Assembly (NCBI GenBank): GCA_977017575.1 | Contig: CDRNVI010000022.1 | Location: 92,424 to 156,423, forward strand | Source of the DNA: Paramoeba atlantica | Taxonomy: Eukaryota > Protista > Discosea | Direction of reading: 5' to 3' | Length of the DNA stretch: 64,000 bases | Shown: piece by piece, positions 43,013 through 57,000 of the stretch | Layout of the letters: the number at the start of each line of letters is the position of its first letter | Numbering within the stretch: position 1 is the stretch's first letter | Position numbers and translations under genes: made by a program | Notes under the pieces: generated by a model | The model's input: only the letters and a program-made list of their open reading frames with translations | Database searches by the model: none | What the model was told of the DNA's origin: nothing

Positions 43013-45063
43013 TTTTTTTTTTTTTTTTTTAAAGTTAGGCTCAAAATAGAAACAAGCAACTGTACGAAAAGTAAAAGAATGTTCAACCGAGCAAACGGCC
43101 CAAAAAACAGCAAATAAGAACCCGTTCCCACCCCCAAAAAAAAACCTTCCCCAAAAAACGAATACCCAAAGCCCCAAAAAGAAACCACCCGAGAAAACCA
43201 GCAAATAGAAACGAGGTCTTGACACCGACTCCTTCACTTTCCTACTGAGCTCCTACTCCTCTTTTCCGTAACCTAAGAGCACTGTGTCAGGGGCCGCCGC
43301 TGGGGATCGTAATACAAGAATGCGAGCTTGCGACCTCATGAGGGTAATGTTGAGAGATGAAAGGAGGTGATGCAAGGCATCCCTTTTAGGGAGGGTATCC
43401 CCTGAGTTCGCCGACTTTCTAGTTGAAATTTCCCTAAGAACCGCCATGGCGCTGGGACTCCAGGCGCCATAGGACTCTACTACCATTGCCGCGAACTTGT
43501 ACCCAGCCGTGTTAGCCTCTTCCCGTTGTCTTCTCTTGTTTTCGGTAGCATAGCGCTCCGCAAATGACCCGGCCGTCACCCCGTTAGCGTCACGGACTGA
43601 GTCCGTATATTTTTGTTGCTGTACATGGGTGACGGCAAAGTCAAGCACAAGACCCTCGCCAAGCCCGAAATTTTTAATGAAGACATCACCAGGCCTGGTG
43701 AGGGCGCCCCCGGGCCCCTTGTTTCCCAAGCTCATTTCCCTCTGGGTAGTGAACCCAGCCTTAGAACATTCAGAAGAAAATTCTGCGGCCAGGGCATTAT
43801 GCCGCGAGGTGATACCATGTCCACTTTTGCAAGCCAATGCGTGATCGCCCTCAGGACCCAACGGTTGGGTGCACTTCTCCATGGGACAAGATCGGGGACC
43901 CGGATATATTTGCTCCCCTAGCCACCAACGTACCAGAGTCCGAAACTCGGTTGGGGTATAAGCGTGGCCGTTCTTTTTCGACGGCAATACAAAAGCCCAT
44001 TCTGCTGCTCCGTGCCCCGTTTCCGAAATCCATCGAGCCCTCGTACGTGGGTCAGCGAGGGAGAGTGCTTGATGAAACTCGTGAGATGAGATGAGTGATA
44101 TGAACGTTTGTTTTTGTCGTAGTTTCGCCCGCAAGAAGAACAAAGGAAGCGACCTTCTCCATCCCACCACTCTGCGGGAATGCTGCTTCCGTGCCGGCAA
44201 GCGACGTGGTTGTAAAAAGCTTGCCACGACCCGCCGTGTGGCAAGCTCCGCCATGAACATCCCTGACCCGGGCACTGTCGAGAATCGTCTCCGTTGAGGG
44301 GAAAAGATGCGCCTTGTGAGCCGGAGTACCCATCTCCCCGTTGTCCTTGACTCAATTCTGCTGAGACAGCGTTCTCTGCAGAATTGGTTGCTGGGGGCAT
44401 TCCTCTTTGTTGCGATGGTGGGGGATAGGGGGCAGCTTGGTCGTGAATCGTGGATCCAGCGGACGCAGTCTGTATTTGGGTTGTCGTTAGTTGCGTCGAA
44501 CATGGATCAAGCTCCATTGCAAGCAAATCTTCCCTATCGCGTAACTCATTGTCGTGTACCCTATGGTCCGCCTCTTCCGTTTTTCTGAAAGTGGTTTTGT
44601 CTCGCGTCTTGGGAGTTTTTATGATGCCTCGAATGTGCCCTTTAGTACAAGGAGATGAGGTGGATGCTTTACGCCGTACGAACTTCTTTGCAACAGAATC
44701 TTTGTCAGACTGTGGTGCTTTAACCTCGTGATCTGGGCCGATGAGCACCCGAGAGTGATTCATTTCTTCGTCGCTTCCATCTTCGCGTCCTGTGTCGGGT
44801 GTCGATTTTCCGTGTGAAATCGAATCAGCTTTTTTGCACCAGTCTTCAGGGATATTTGTAGGAATGGGAGTGGTGTATAGAAGTTCGTTGTAGGTACTCG
44901 GCTGGTTAATCAGGTGCGCATTACCTTCAAATTGATCCCAGGATCCTGTTTTATGAGTCGACTCCTCTTCGACGGTCATATAGAAGGAACCGCGTACCTG
45001 GAAAAAGATGGAATAAGGAAAATAATTCAACAAGGTACAGAAACTGTATCTTTATCGTTAAAG
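43013..45063 (-). mobile_element. Chimeric internally deleted CRE-like element: SL + family A 5' part (45063-44097) fused to family H 3' part and 3'UTR
   Basis: The A sequence ends at NKRSYH. The H portion encodes WAFVLPSK...RPGDV...LDFAVTH and ends at TAG 43253-43255; poly(A) at about 43013-43030. Confidence 0.85.
45028..45063 (-). other. Spliced-leader exon copy; further array copies at 47308, 49594, 51879, 54158, 56437, 58719, 61001 and 63282 (each 36 nt)
   Basis: Identical 36-mer read at each position. Confidence 0.82.
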
Positions 45064-48000
45064 GAGGTCTTTTTTTTTGCAGTTAATAAGGGGGGAGAAG
45101 TATGAATCGCGGCATTGCCTCTATATGTTGACCCAGTAGACGAACCAAGTACATAGTAGGTCCATTGGGGGGGGTATATGAATTTAAAACAAGCAATCAA
45201 ATTAGCAAATCTTTTTATTTCCACAGAAGTATATTTTCTTTTTCTTTTTTCTTAGCCCAAAACTAGCAATTCAATCTCCCCTAAGTATATACGACAAACA
45301 AGACACAGTAAAAATAAAAACAAGCAATCCAGGCCCAATCCATTCGCGCGTTCCGGACCGGGTCTTTCGACCACTCCACGGCCTGACTTGTGAACCCGTC
45401 CCTTGCTATACGGGAGGGCGCAGGCGCGGGCCTGTGTCGACAGCGACACGGTCGCGAAACAGGATGCTGGCCGACGGGGAGGAGATTCACTGCCCGTGTA
45501 CTACCTCACTTGGGGTACCTAGCCCTCGCGGGCTAGGCGTGAGCATAGACTCTGTCGACCCGACCAGCACCCGTCCTGGATACCATGGCGTCTTCGTGCT
45601 GAAATAGGACTGTCAGTAGAGGCTTAAGCCTCTACCAAAGGATCCGCTGGGTCCTCTACGCGGATGCGCGAAACCATCATCCTGGCTTGAGAACGCATTA
45701 GCGTCACGTTCAGATCTGTTAGGAGATCGTTTCGCGCTTGGTCTCGTGAAAGGAGCCCTTTGGATGCGTTCGCCCGTTGGGTTCCGATGTCCCGGAGTAA
45801 CGCTAGCGCACTCTCGCTCCAGGAACCAAAGGATTCCACCACCATCGCTGTGAAGAGGTGTCCTGCTTTTTCTGCTTCTTGTCGCTGTCGCGCCTTGGTC
45901 TCCGCGAAGTGCTCGGCAAAAGACCCCGGGGTCACCCAGCTAGCATTGTGGACTGAGTCCACAATTCTTTTTTTTTTTTTTTTTTTAGCAATTTCATATT
46001 TTGGAGCCCAAAACTAGCAATTCGATCTCCGAATTTTTTTTTTTTTTTTTTTTTTTACTCAGTAGACGAACCAAGTAGGTCCATTGGGGGGGTATATGAT
46101 TTGTAAACAAGCAATCAAATTAGCAATTTCACATGTTGTAGCCCAAAACTAATAATTCAACCTGCCTTAAGTTACAGTATTTATGATTTTGATAACAATA
46201 ATAATAAAAAGAAGCAATTTATGCCCAATTCATTCGCGCGTTCCGGACCGGGTCTTTCGACCACTCCTCGGCCTGACTTGTGAACTCTTCCCTTGTTATA
46301 TGGGAGGGCGCAGGCGCGGGCTTGTGCCGACAGCGGCACGGTCGCGAAACAGGGTGCTGGCCGACGGGGAGGAAGTTTTAGTTCCCGACCCATGTCCTAC
46401 CTCACTTGGAGTACCTAGCCCTTGAGGGCTAGGCGTGAGCATAGACCCTGTCGGCATCGACCAGCATCCAGGCCAGCCATCTATGAGGGCGCAAACGTGG
46501 GTCTGTGCTGACTGCCGTCCGGTCAGGAAACGTTTACTCCCCCAAGCAAGAAAACGGGTCATCAGGGAGAAGGCGATTAACCATCATGCGGGCCTGAAGG
46601 CGCATGAGGGTCACGTTTAACTCCGTGAAGATTCTGCTCGTCGCCCCCCCTTCTGTCAATAACCCGCACGAGGGTCTTTTTTTTTTTTTTTTTTTTTGAC
46701 GCAGAATCAATCTACTCAATCGTAATTTACATCTCGCGGATGACCCCGTTTTTTTTTTTTAGATACTTTTTAAAGTTAGGCTCAGAATAGAAACAAGCAA
46801 CTGTACGAAAAGTAAAAGAATGTTCAACCGAGCAAACGGCCCAAAAAACAGCAAATAAGAACCCGTTCCCACCCCCAAGAAAAACCTTCCCCAAAAAACG
46901 AATACCCAAAGCCCCAAAAAGAAACCACCCGAGAAAACCAGCAAATAGAAACGATTTTTTTTTTTTTTATATACAGAATCTTTGTCAGACTGTGGTGCTT
47001 TAACCTCGTGATCTGGGCCGATGAGCACCCGAGAGTGATTCATTTCTTCGTCGCTTCCATCTTCGCGTCCTGTGTCGGGTGTCGATTTTCCGTGTGAAAT
47101 CGAATCAGCTTTTTTGCACCAGTCTTCAGGGATATTTGTAGGAATGGGAGTGGTGTATAGAAGTTCGTTGTAGGTACTCGGCTGGTTAATCAGGTGCGCA
47201 TTACCTTCAAATTGATCCCAGGATCCTGTTTTATGAGTCGACTCCTCTTCGACGGTCATATAGAAGGAACCGCGTACCTGGAAAAAGATGGAATAAGGAA
47301 AATAATTCAACAAGGTACAGAAACTGTATCTTTATCGTTAAAGGAGGTCTTTTTTTTTGCAGTTAATAAGGGGGGAGAAGTATGAATCGCGGCATTGCCT
47401 CTATATGTTGACCCAGTAGACGAACCAAGTACATAGTAGATCCATTGGGGGGGGTATATGAATTTAAAACAAGCAATCAAATTAGCAAATCTTTTTATTT
47501 CCACAGAAGTATATTTTCTTTTTCTTTTTTCTTAGCCCAAAACTAGCAATTCAATCTCCCCTAAGTATATACGACAAACAAGACACAGTAAAAATAAAAA
47601 CAAGCAATCCAGGCCCAATCCATTCGCGCGTTCCGGACCGGGTCTTTGGACCACTCCACGGCCTGACTTGTGAACCCGTCCCTTGCTATACGGGAGGGCG
47701 CAGGCGCGGGCCTGTGTCGACAGCGACACGGTCGCGAAACAGGATGCTGGCCGACGGGGAGGAGATTCACTGCCCGTGTACTACCTCACTTGGGGTACCT
47801 AGCCCTCGCGGGCTAGGCGTGAGCATAGACTCTGTCGACCCGACCAGCACCCGTCCTGGATACCATGGCGTCTTCGTGCTGAAATAGGACTGTCAGTAGA
47901 GGCTTAAGCCTCTACCAAAGGATCCGCTGGGTCCTCTACGCGGATGCGCGAAACCATCATCCTGGCTTGAGAACGCATTAGCGTCACGTTCAGATCTGTT

Positions 48001-51000
48001 AGGAGATCGTTTCGCGCTTGGTCTCGTGAAAGGAGCCCTTTGGATGCGTTCGCCCGTTGGGTTCCGATGTCCCGGAGTAACGCTAGCGCACTCTCGCTCC
48101 AGGAACCAAAGGATTCCACCACCATCGCTGTGAAGAGGTGTCCTGCTTTTTCTGCTTCTTGTCGCTGTCGCGCCTTGGTCTCCGCGAAGTGCTCGGCAAA
48201 AGACCCCGGGGTCACCCAGCTAGCATTGTGGACTGAGTCCACAATTCTTTTTTTTTTTTTTTTTTTTAGCAATTTCATATTTTGGAGCCGAAAACTAGCA
48301 ATTCGATCTCCGAATTTTTTTTTTTTTTTTTTTTTTTTTACTCAGTAGACGAACCAAGTAGGTCCATTGGGGGGGTATATGATTTGTAAACAAGCAATCA
48401 AATTAGCAATTTCACATGTTGTAGCCCAAAACTAATAATTCAACCTGCCTTAAGTTACAGTATTTATGATTTTGATAACAATAATAATAAAAAGAAGCAA
48501 TTTATGCCCAATTCATTCGCGCGTTCCGGACCGGGTCTTTCGACCACTCCTCGGCCTGACTTGTGAACTCTTCCCTTGTTATATGGGAGGGCGCAGGCGC
48601 GGGCTTGTGCCGACAGCGGCACGGTCGCGAAACAGGGTGCTGGCCGACGGGGAGGAAGTTTTAGTTCCCGACCCATGTCCTACCTCACTTGGAGTACCTA
48701 GCCCTTGAGGGCTAGGCGTGAGCATAGACCCTGTCGGCATCGACCAGCATCCAGGCCAGCCATCTATGAGGGCGCAAACGTGGGTCTGTGCTGACTGCCG
48801 TCCGGTCAGGAAACGTTTACTCCCCCAAGCAAGAAAACGGGTCATCAGGGAGAAGGCGATTAACCATCATGCGGGCCTGAAGGCGCATGAGGGTCACGTT
48901 TAACTCCGTGAAGATTCTGCTCGTCGCCCCCCCTTCTGTCAATAACCCGCACGAGGGTCTTTTTTTTTTTTTTTTTTTTTTGACGCAGAATCAATCTACT
49001 CAATCGTAATTTACATCTCGCGGATGACCCCGTTTTTTTTTTTTAGATACTTTTTAAAGTTAGGCTCAGAATAGAAACAAGCAACTGTACGAAAAGTAAA
49101 AGAATGTTCAACCGAGCAAACGGCCCAAAAAACAGCAAATAAGAACCCGTTCCCACCCCCAAGAAAAACCTTCCCCAAAAAACGAATACCCAAAGCCCCA
49201 AAAAGAAACCACCCGAGAAAACCAGCAAATAGAAACGATTTTTTTTTTTTTTTTATATACAGAATCTTTGTCAGACTGTGGTGCTTTAACCTCGTGATCT
49301 GGGCCGATGAGCACCCGAGAGTGATTCATTTCTTCGTCGCTTCCATCTTCGCGTCCTGTGTCGGGTGTCGATTTTCCGTGTGAAATCGAATCAGCTTTTT
49401 TGCACCAGTCTTCAGGGATATTTGTAGGAATGGGAGTGGTGTATAGAAGTTCGTTGTAGGTACTCGGCTGGTTAATCAGGTGCGCATTACCTTCAAATTG
49501 ATCCCAGGATCCTGTTTTATGAGTCGACTCCTCTTCGACGGTCATATAGAAGGAACCGCGTACCTGGAAAAAGATGGAATAAGGAAAATAATTCAACAAG
49601 GTACAGAAACTGTATCTTTATCGTTAAAGGAGGTCTTTTTTTTTGCAGTTAATAAGGGGGGAGAAGTATGAATCGCGGCATTGCCTCTATATGTTGACCC
49701 AGTAGACGAACCAAGTACATAGTAGATCCATTGGGGGGGGTATATGAATTTAAAACAAGCAATCAAATTAGCAAATCTTTTTATTTCCACAGAAGTATAT
49801 TTTCTTTTTCTTTTTTCTTAGCCCAAAACTAGCAATTCAATCTCCCCTAAGTATATACGACAAACAAGACACAGTAAAAATAAAAACAAGCAATCCAGGC
49901 CCAATCCATTCGCGCGTTCCGGACCGGGTCTTTGGACCACTCCACGGCCTGACTTGTGAACCCGTCCCTTGCTATACGGGAGGGCGCAGGCGCGGGCCTG
50001 TGTCGACAGCGACACGGTCGCGAAACAGGATGCTGGCCGACGGGGAGGAGATTCACTGCCCGTGTACTACCTCACTTGGGGTACCTAGCCCTCGCGGGCT
50101 AGGCGTGAGCATAGACTCTGTCGACCCGACCAGCACCCGTCCTGGATACCATGGCGTCTTCGTGCTGAAATAGGACTGTCAGTAGAGGCTTAAGCCTCTA
50201 CCAAAGGATCCGCTGGGTCCTCTACGCGGATGCGCGAAACCATCATCCTGGCTTGAGAACGCATTAGCGTCACGTTCAGATCTGTTAGGAGATCGTTTCG
50301 CGCTTGGTCTCGTGAAAGGAGCCCTTTGGATGCGTTCGCCCGTTGGGTTCCGATGTCCCGGAGTAACGCTAGCGCACTCTCGCTCCAGGAACCAAAGGAT
50401 TCCACCACCATCGCTGTGAAGAGGTGTCCTGCTTTTTCTGCTTCTTGTCGCTGTCGCGCCTTGGTCTCCGCGAAGTGCTCGGCAAAAGACCCCGGGGTCA
50501 CCCAGCTAGCATTGTGGACTGAGTCCACAATTCTTTTTTTTTTTTTTTTTTTTTAGCAATTTCATATTTTGGAGCCGAAAACTAGCAATTCGATCTCCGA
50601 ATTTTTTTTTTTTTTTTTTTTTTTTACTCAGTAGACGAACCAAGTAGGTCCATTGGGGGGGTATATGATTTGTAAACAAGCAATCAAATTAGCAATTTCA
50701 CATGTTGTAGCCCAAAACTAATAATTCAACCTGCCTTAAGTTACAGTATTTATGATTTTGATAACAATAATAATAAAAAGAAGCAATTTATGCCCAATTC
50801 ATTCGCGCGTTCCGGACCGGGTCTTTCGACCACTCCTCGGCCTGACTTGTGAACTCTTCCCTTGTTATATGGGAGGGCGCAGGCGCGGGCTTGTGCCGAC
50901 AGCGGCACGGTCGCGAAACAGGGTGCTGGCCGACGGGGAGGAAGTTTTAGTTCCCGACCCATGTCCTACCTCACTTGGAGTACCTAGCCCTTGAGGGCTA

Positions 51001-54000
51001 GGCGTGAGCATAGACCCTGTCGGCATCGACCAGCATCCAGGCCAGCCATCTATGAGGGCGCAAACGTGGGTCTGTGCTGACTGCCGTCCGGTCAGGAAAC
51101 GTTTACTCCCCCAAGCAAGAAAACGGGTCATCAGGGAGAAGGCGATTAACCATCATGCGGGCCTGAAGGCGCATGAGGGTCACGTTTAACTCCGTGAAGA
51201 TTCTGCTCGTCGCCCCCCCTTCTGTCAATAACCCGCACGAGGGTCTTTTTTTTTTTTTTTTTTTTTGACGCAGAATCAATCTACTCAATCGTAATTTACA
51301 TCTCGCGGATGACCCCGTTTTTTTTTTTTAGATACTTTTTAAAGTTAGGCTCAGAATAGAAACAAGCAACTGTACGAAAAGTAAAAGAATGTTCAACCGA
51401 GCAAACGGCCCAAAAAACAGCAAATAAGAACCCGTTCCCACCCCCAAGAAAAACCTTCCCCAAAAAACGAATACCCAAAGCCCCAAAAAGAAACCACCCG
51501 AGAAAACCAGCAAATAGAAACGATTTTTTTTTTTTTTTTATATACAGAATCTTTGTCAGACTGTGGTGCTTTAACCTCGTGATCTGGGCCGATGAGCACC
51601 CGAGAGTGATTCATTTCTTCGTCGCTTCCATCTTCGCGTCCTGTGTCGGGTGTCGATTTTCCGTGTGAAATCGAATCAGCTTTTTTGCACCAGTCTTCAG
51701 GGATATTTGTAGGAATGGGAGTGGTGTATAGAAGTTCGTTGTAGGTACTCGGCTGGTTAATCAGGTGCGCATTACCTTCAAATTGATCCCAGGATCCTGT
51801 TTTATGAGTCGACTCCTCTTCGACGGTCATATAGAAGGAACCGCGTACCTGGAAAAAGATGGAATAAGGAAAATAATTCAACAAGGTACAGAAACTGTAT
51901 CTTTATCGTTAAAGGAGGTCTTTTTTTTTGCAGTTAATAAGGGGGGAGAAGTATGAATCGCGGCATTGCCTCTATATGTTGACCCAGTAGACGAACCAAG
52001 TACATAGTAGGTCCATTGGGGGGGGTATATGAATTTAAAACAAGCAATCAAATTAGCAAATCTTTTTATTTCCACAGAAGTATATTTTCTTTTTCTTTTT
52101 TCTTAGCCCAAAACTAGCAATTCAATCTCCCCTAAGTATATACGACAAACAAGACACAGTAAAAATAAAAACAAGCAATCCAGGCCCAATCCATTCGCGC
52201 GTTCCGGACCGGGTCTTTCGACCACTCCACGGCCTGACTTGTGAACCCGTCCCTTGCTATACGGGAGGGCGCAGGCGCGGGCCTGTGTCGACAGCGACAC
52301 GGTCGCGAAACAGGATGCTGGCCGACGGGGAGGAGATTCACTGCCCGTGTACTACCTCACTTGGGGTACCTAGCCCTCGCGGGCTAGGCGTGAGCATAGA
52401 CTCTGTCGACCCGACCAGCACCCGTCCTGGATACCATGGCGTCTTCGTGCTGAAATAGGGCTGTCAGTAGAGGCTTAAGCCTCTACCAAAGGATCCGCTG
52501 GGTCCTCTACGCGGATGCGCGAAACCATCATCCTGGCTTGAGAACGCATTAGCGTCACGTTCAGATCTGTTAGGAGATCGTTTCGCGCTTGGTCTCGTGA
52601 AAGGAGCCCTTTGGATGCGTTCGCCCGTTGGGTTCCGATGTCCCGGAGTAACGCTAGCGCACTCTCGCTCCAGGAACCAAAGGATTCCACCACCATCGCT
52701 GTGAAGAGGTGTCCTGCTTTTTCTGCTTCTTGTCGCTGTCGCGCCTTGGTCTCCGCGAAGTGCTCGGCAAAAGACCCCGGGGTCACCCAGCTAGCATTGT
52801 GGACTGAGTCCACAATTCTTTTTTTTTTTTTTTTTTTTTAGCAATTTCATATTTTGGAGCCCAAAACTAGCAATTCGATCTCCGAATTTTTTTTTTTTTT
52901 TTTTTTTTTTACTCAGTAGACGAACCAAGTAGGTCCATTGGGGGGGTATATGATTTGTAAACAAGCAATCAAATTAGCAATTTCACATGTTGTAGCCCAA
53001 AACTAATAATTCAACCTGCCTTAAGTTACAGTATTTATGATTTTGATAACAATAATAATAAAAAGAAGCAATTTATGCCCAATTCATTCGCGCGTTCCGG
53101 ACCGGGTCTTTCGACCACTCCTCGGCCTGACTTGTGAACTCTTCCCTTGTTATATGGGAGGGCGCAGGCGCGGGCTTGTGCCGACAGCGGCACGGTCGCG
53201 AAACAGGGTGCTGGCCGACGGGGAGGAAGTTTTAGTTCCCGACCCATGTCCTACCTCACTTGGAGTACCTAGCCCTTGAGGGCTAGGCGTGAGCATAGAC
53301 CCTGTCGGCATCGACCAGCATCCAGGCCAGCCATCTATGAGGGCGCAAACGTGGGTCTGTGCTGACTGCCGTCCGGTCAGGAAACGTTTACTCCCCCAAG
53401 CAAGAAAACGGGTCATCAGGGAGAAGGCGATTAACCATCATGCGGGCCTGAAGGCGCATGAGGGTCACGTTTAACTCCGTGAAGATTCTGCTCGTCGCCC
53501 CCCCTTCTGTCAATAACCCGCACGAGGGTCTTTTTTTTTTTTTTTTTTGACGCAGAATCAATCTACTCAATCGTAATTTACATCTCGCGGATGACCCCGT
53601 TTTTTTTTTTAGATACTTTTTAAAGTTAGGCTCAGAATAGAAACAAGCAACTGTACGAAAAGTAAAAGAATGTTCAACCGAGCAAACGGCCCAAAAAACA
53701 GCAAATAAGAACCCTTTCCCACCCCCAAGAAAAACCTTCCCCAAAAAACGAATACCCAAAGCCCCAAAAAGAAACCACCCGAGAAAACCAGCAAATAGAA
53801 ACGATTTTTTTTTTTTTTATATACAGAATCTTTGTCAGACTGTGGTGCTTTAACCTCGTGATCTGGGCCGATGAGCACCCGAGAGTGATTCATTTCTTCG
53901 TCGCTTCCATCTTCGCGTCCTGTGTCGGGTGTCGATTTTCCGTGTGAAATCGAATCAGCTTTTTTGCACCAGTCTTCAGGGATATTTGTAGGAATGGGAG

Positions 54001-57000
54001 TGGTGTATAGAAGTTCGTTGTAGGTACTCGGCTGGTTAATCAGGTGCGCATTACCTTCAAATTGATCCCAGGATCCTGTTTTATGAGTCGACTCCTCTTC
54101 GACGGTCATATAGAAGGAACCGCGTACCTGGAAAAAGATGGAATAAGGAAAATAATTCAACAAGGTACAGAAACTGTATCTTTATCGTTAAAGGAGGTCT
54201 TTTTTTTGCAGTTAATAAGGGGGGAGAAGTATGAATCGCGGCATTGCCTCTATATGTTGACCCAGTAGACGAACCAAGTACATAGTAGGTCCATTGGGGG
54301 GGGTATATGAATTTAAAACAAGCAATCAAATTAGCAAATCTTTTTATTTCCACAGAAGTATATTTTCTTTTTCTTTTTTCTTAGCCCAAAACTAGCAATT
54401 CAATCTCCCCTAAGTATATACGACAAACAAGACACAGTAAAAATAAAAACAAGCAATCCAGGCCCAATCCATTCGCGCGTTCCGGACCGGGTCTTTCGAC
54501 CACTCCACGGCCTGACTTGTGAACCCGTCCCTTGCTATACGGGAGGGCGCAGGCGCGGGCCTGTGTCGACAGCGACACGGTCGCGAAACAGGATGCTGGC
54601 CGACGGGGAGGAGATTCACTGCCCGTGTACTACCTCACTTGGGGTACCTAGCCCTCGCGGGCTAGGCGTGAGCATAGACTCTGTCGACCCGACCAGCACC
54701 CGTCCTGGATACCATGGCGTCTTCGTGCTGAAATAGGACTGTCAGTAGAGGCTTAAGCCTCTACCAAAGGATCCGCTGGGTCCTCTACGCGGATGCGCGA
54801 AACCATCATCCTGGCTTGAGAACGCATTAGCGTCACGTTCAGATCTGTTAGGAGATCGTTTCGCGCTTGGTCTCGTGAAAGGAGCCCTTTGGATGCGTTC
54901 GCCCGTTGGGTTCCGATGTCCCGGAGTAACGCTAGCGCACTCTCGCTCCAGGAACCAAAGGATTCCACCACCATCGCTGTGAAGAGGTGTCCTGCTTTTT
55001 CTGCTTCTTGTCGCTGTCGCGCCTTGGTCTCCGCGAAGTGCTCGGCAAAAGACCCCGGGGTCACCCAGCTAGCATTGTGGACTGAGTCCACAATTCTTTT
55101 TTTTTTTTTTTTTTTTTAGCAATTTCATATTTTGGAGCCGAAAACTAGCAATTCGATCTCCGAATTTTTTTTTTTTTTTTTTTTTTTTACTCAGTAGACG
55201 AACCAAGTAGGTCCATTGGGGGGGTATATGATTTGTAAACAAGCAATCAAATTAGCAATTTCACATGTTGTAGCCCAAAACTAATAATTCAACCTGCCTT
55301 AAGTTACAGTATTTATGATTTTGATAACAATAATAATAAAAAGAAGCAATTTATGCCCAATTCATTCGCGCGTTCCGGACCGGGTCTTTCGACCACTCCT
55401 CGGCCTGACTTGTGAACTCTTCCCTTGTTATATGGGAGGGCGCAGGCGCGGGCTTGTGCCGACAGCGGCACGGTCGCGAAACAGGGTGCTGGCCGACGGG
55501 GAGGAAGTTTTAGTTCCCGACCCATGTCCTACCTCACTTGGAGTACCTAGCCCTTGAGGGCTAGGCGTGAGCATAGACCCTGTCGGCATCGACCAGCATC
55601 CAGGCCAGCCATCTATGAGGGCGCAAACGTGGGTCTGTGCTGACTGCCGTCCGGTCAGGAAACGTTTACTCCCCCAAGCAAGAAAACGGGTCATCAGGGA
55701 GAAGGCGATTAACCATCATGCGGGCCTGAAGGCGCATGAGGGTCACGTTTAACTCCGTGAAGATTCTGCTCGTCGCCCCCCCTTCTGTCAATAACCCGCA
55801 CGAGGGTCTTTTTTTTTTTTTTTTTTTTGACGCAGAATCAATCTACTCAATCGTAATTTACATCTCGCGGATGACCCCGTTTTTTTTTTTAGATACTTTT
55901 TAAAGTTAGGCTCAGAATAGAAACAAGCAACTGTACGAAAAGTAAAAGAATGTTCAACCGAGCAAACGGCCCAAAAAACAGCAAATAAGAACCCTTTCCC
56001 ACCCCCAAGAAAAACCTTCCCCAAAAAACGAATACCCAAAGCCCCAAAAAGAAACCACCCGAGAAAACCAGCAAATAGAAACGATTTTTTTTTTTTTATA
56101 TACAGAATCTTTGTCAGACTGTGGTGCTTTAACCTCGTGATCTGGGCCGATGAGCACCCGAGAGTGATTCATTTCTTCGTCGCTTCCATCTTCGCGTCCT
56201 GTGTCGGGTGTCGATTTTCCGTGTGAAATCGAATCAGCTTTTTTGCACCAGTCTTCAGGGATATTTGTAGGAATGGGAGTGGTGTATAGAAGTTCGTTGT
56301 AGGTACTCGGCTGGTTAATCAGGTGCGCATTACCTTCAAATTGATCCCAGGATCCTGTTTTATGAGTCGACTCCTCTTCGACGGTCATATAGAAGGAACC
56401 GCGTACCTGGAAAAAGATGGAATAAGGAAAATAATTCAACAAGGTACAGAAACTGTATCTTTATCGTTAAAGGAGGTCTTTTTTTTTGCAGTTAATAAGG
56501 GGGGAGAAGTATGAATCGCGGCATTGCCTCTATATGTTGACCCAGTAGACGAACCAAGTACATAGTAGGTCCATTGGGGGGGGTATATGAATTTAAAACA
56601 AGCAATCAAATTAGCAAATCTTTTTATTTCCACAGAAGTATATTTTCTTTTTCTTTTTTCTTAGCCCAAAACTAGCAATTCAATCTCCCCTAAGTATATA
56701 CGACAAACAAGACACAGTAAAAATAAAAACAAGCAATCCAGGCCCAATCCATTCGCGCGTTCCGGACCGGGTCTTTCGACCACTCCACGGCCTGACTTGT
56801 GAACCCGTCCCTTGCTATACGGGAGGGCGCAGGCGCGGGCCTGTGTCGACAGCGACACGGTCGCGAAACAGGATGCTGGCCGACGGGGAGGAGATTCACT
56901 GCCCGTGTACTACCTCACTTGGGGTACCTAGCCCTCGCGGGCTAGGCGTGAGCATAGACTCTGTCGACCCGACCAGCACCCGTCCTGGATACCATGGCGT

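Noticed and set aside
46183-46620. Short 60-110 aa ORFs repeated in each array unit (MILITII..., MSIDPV..., MGRELK..., MEIKRF...)
   Set aside because: They overlay UTRs or the antisense of element fragments, have no recognisable motifs, and recur only because the DNA is repeated.
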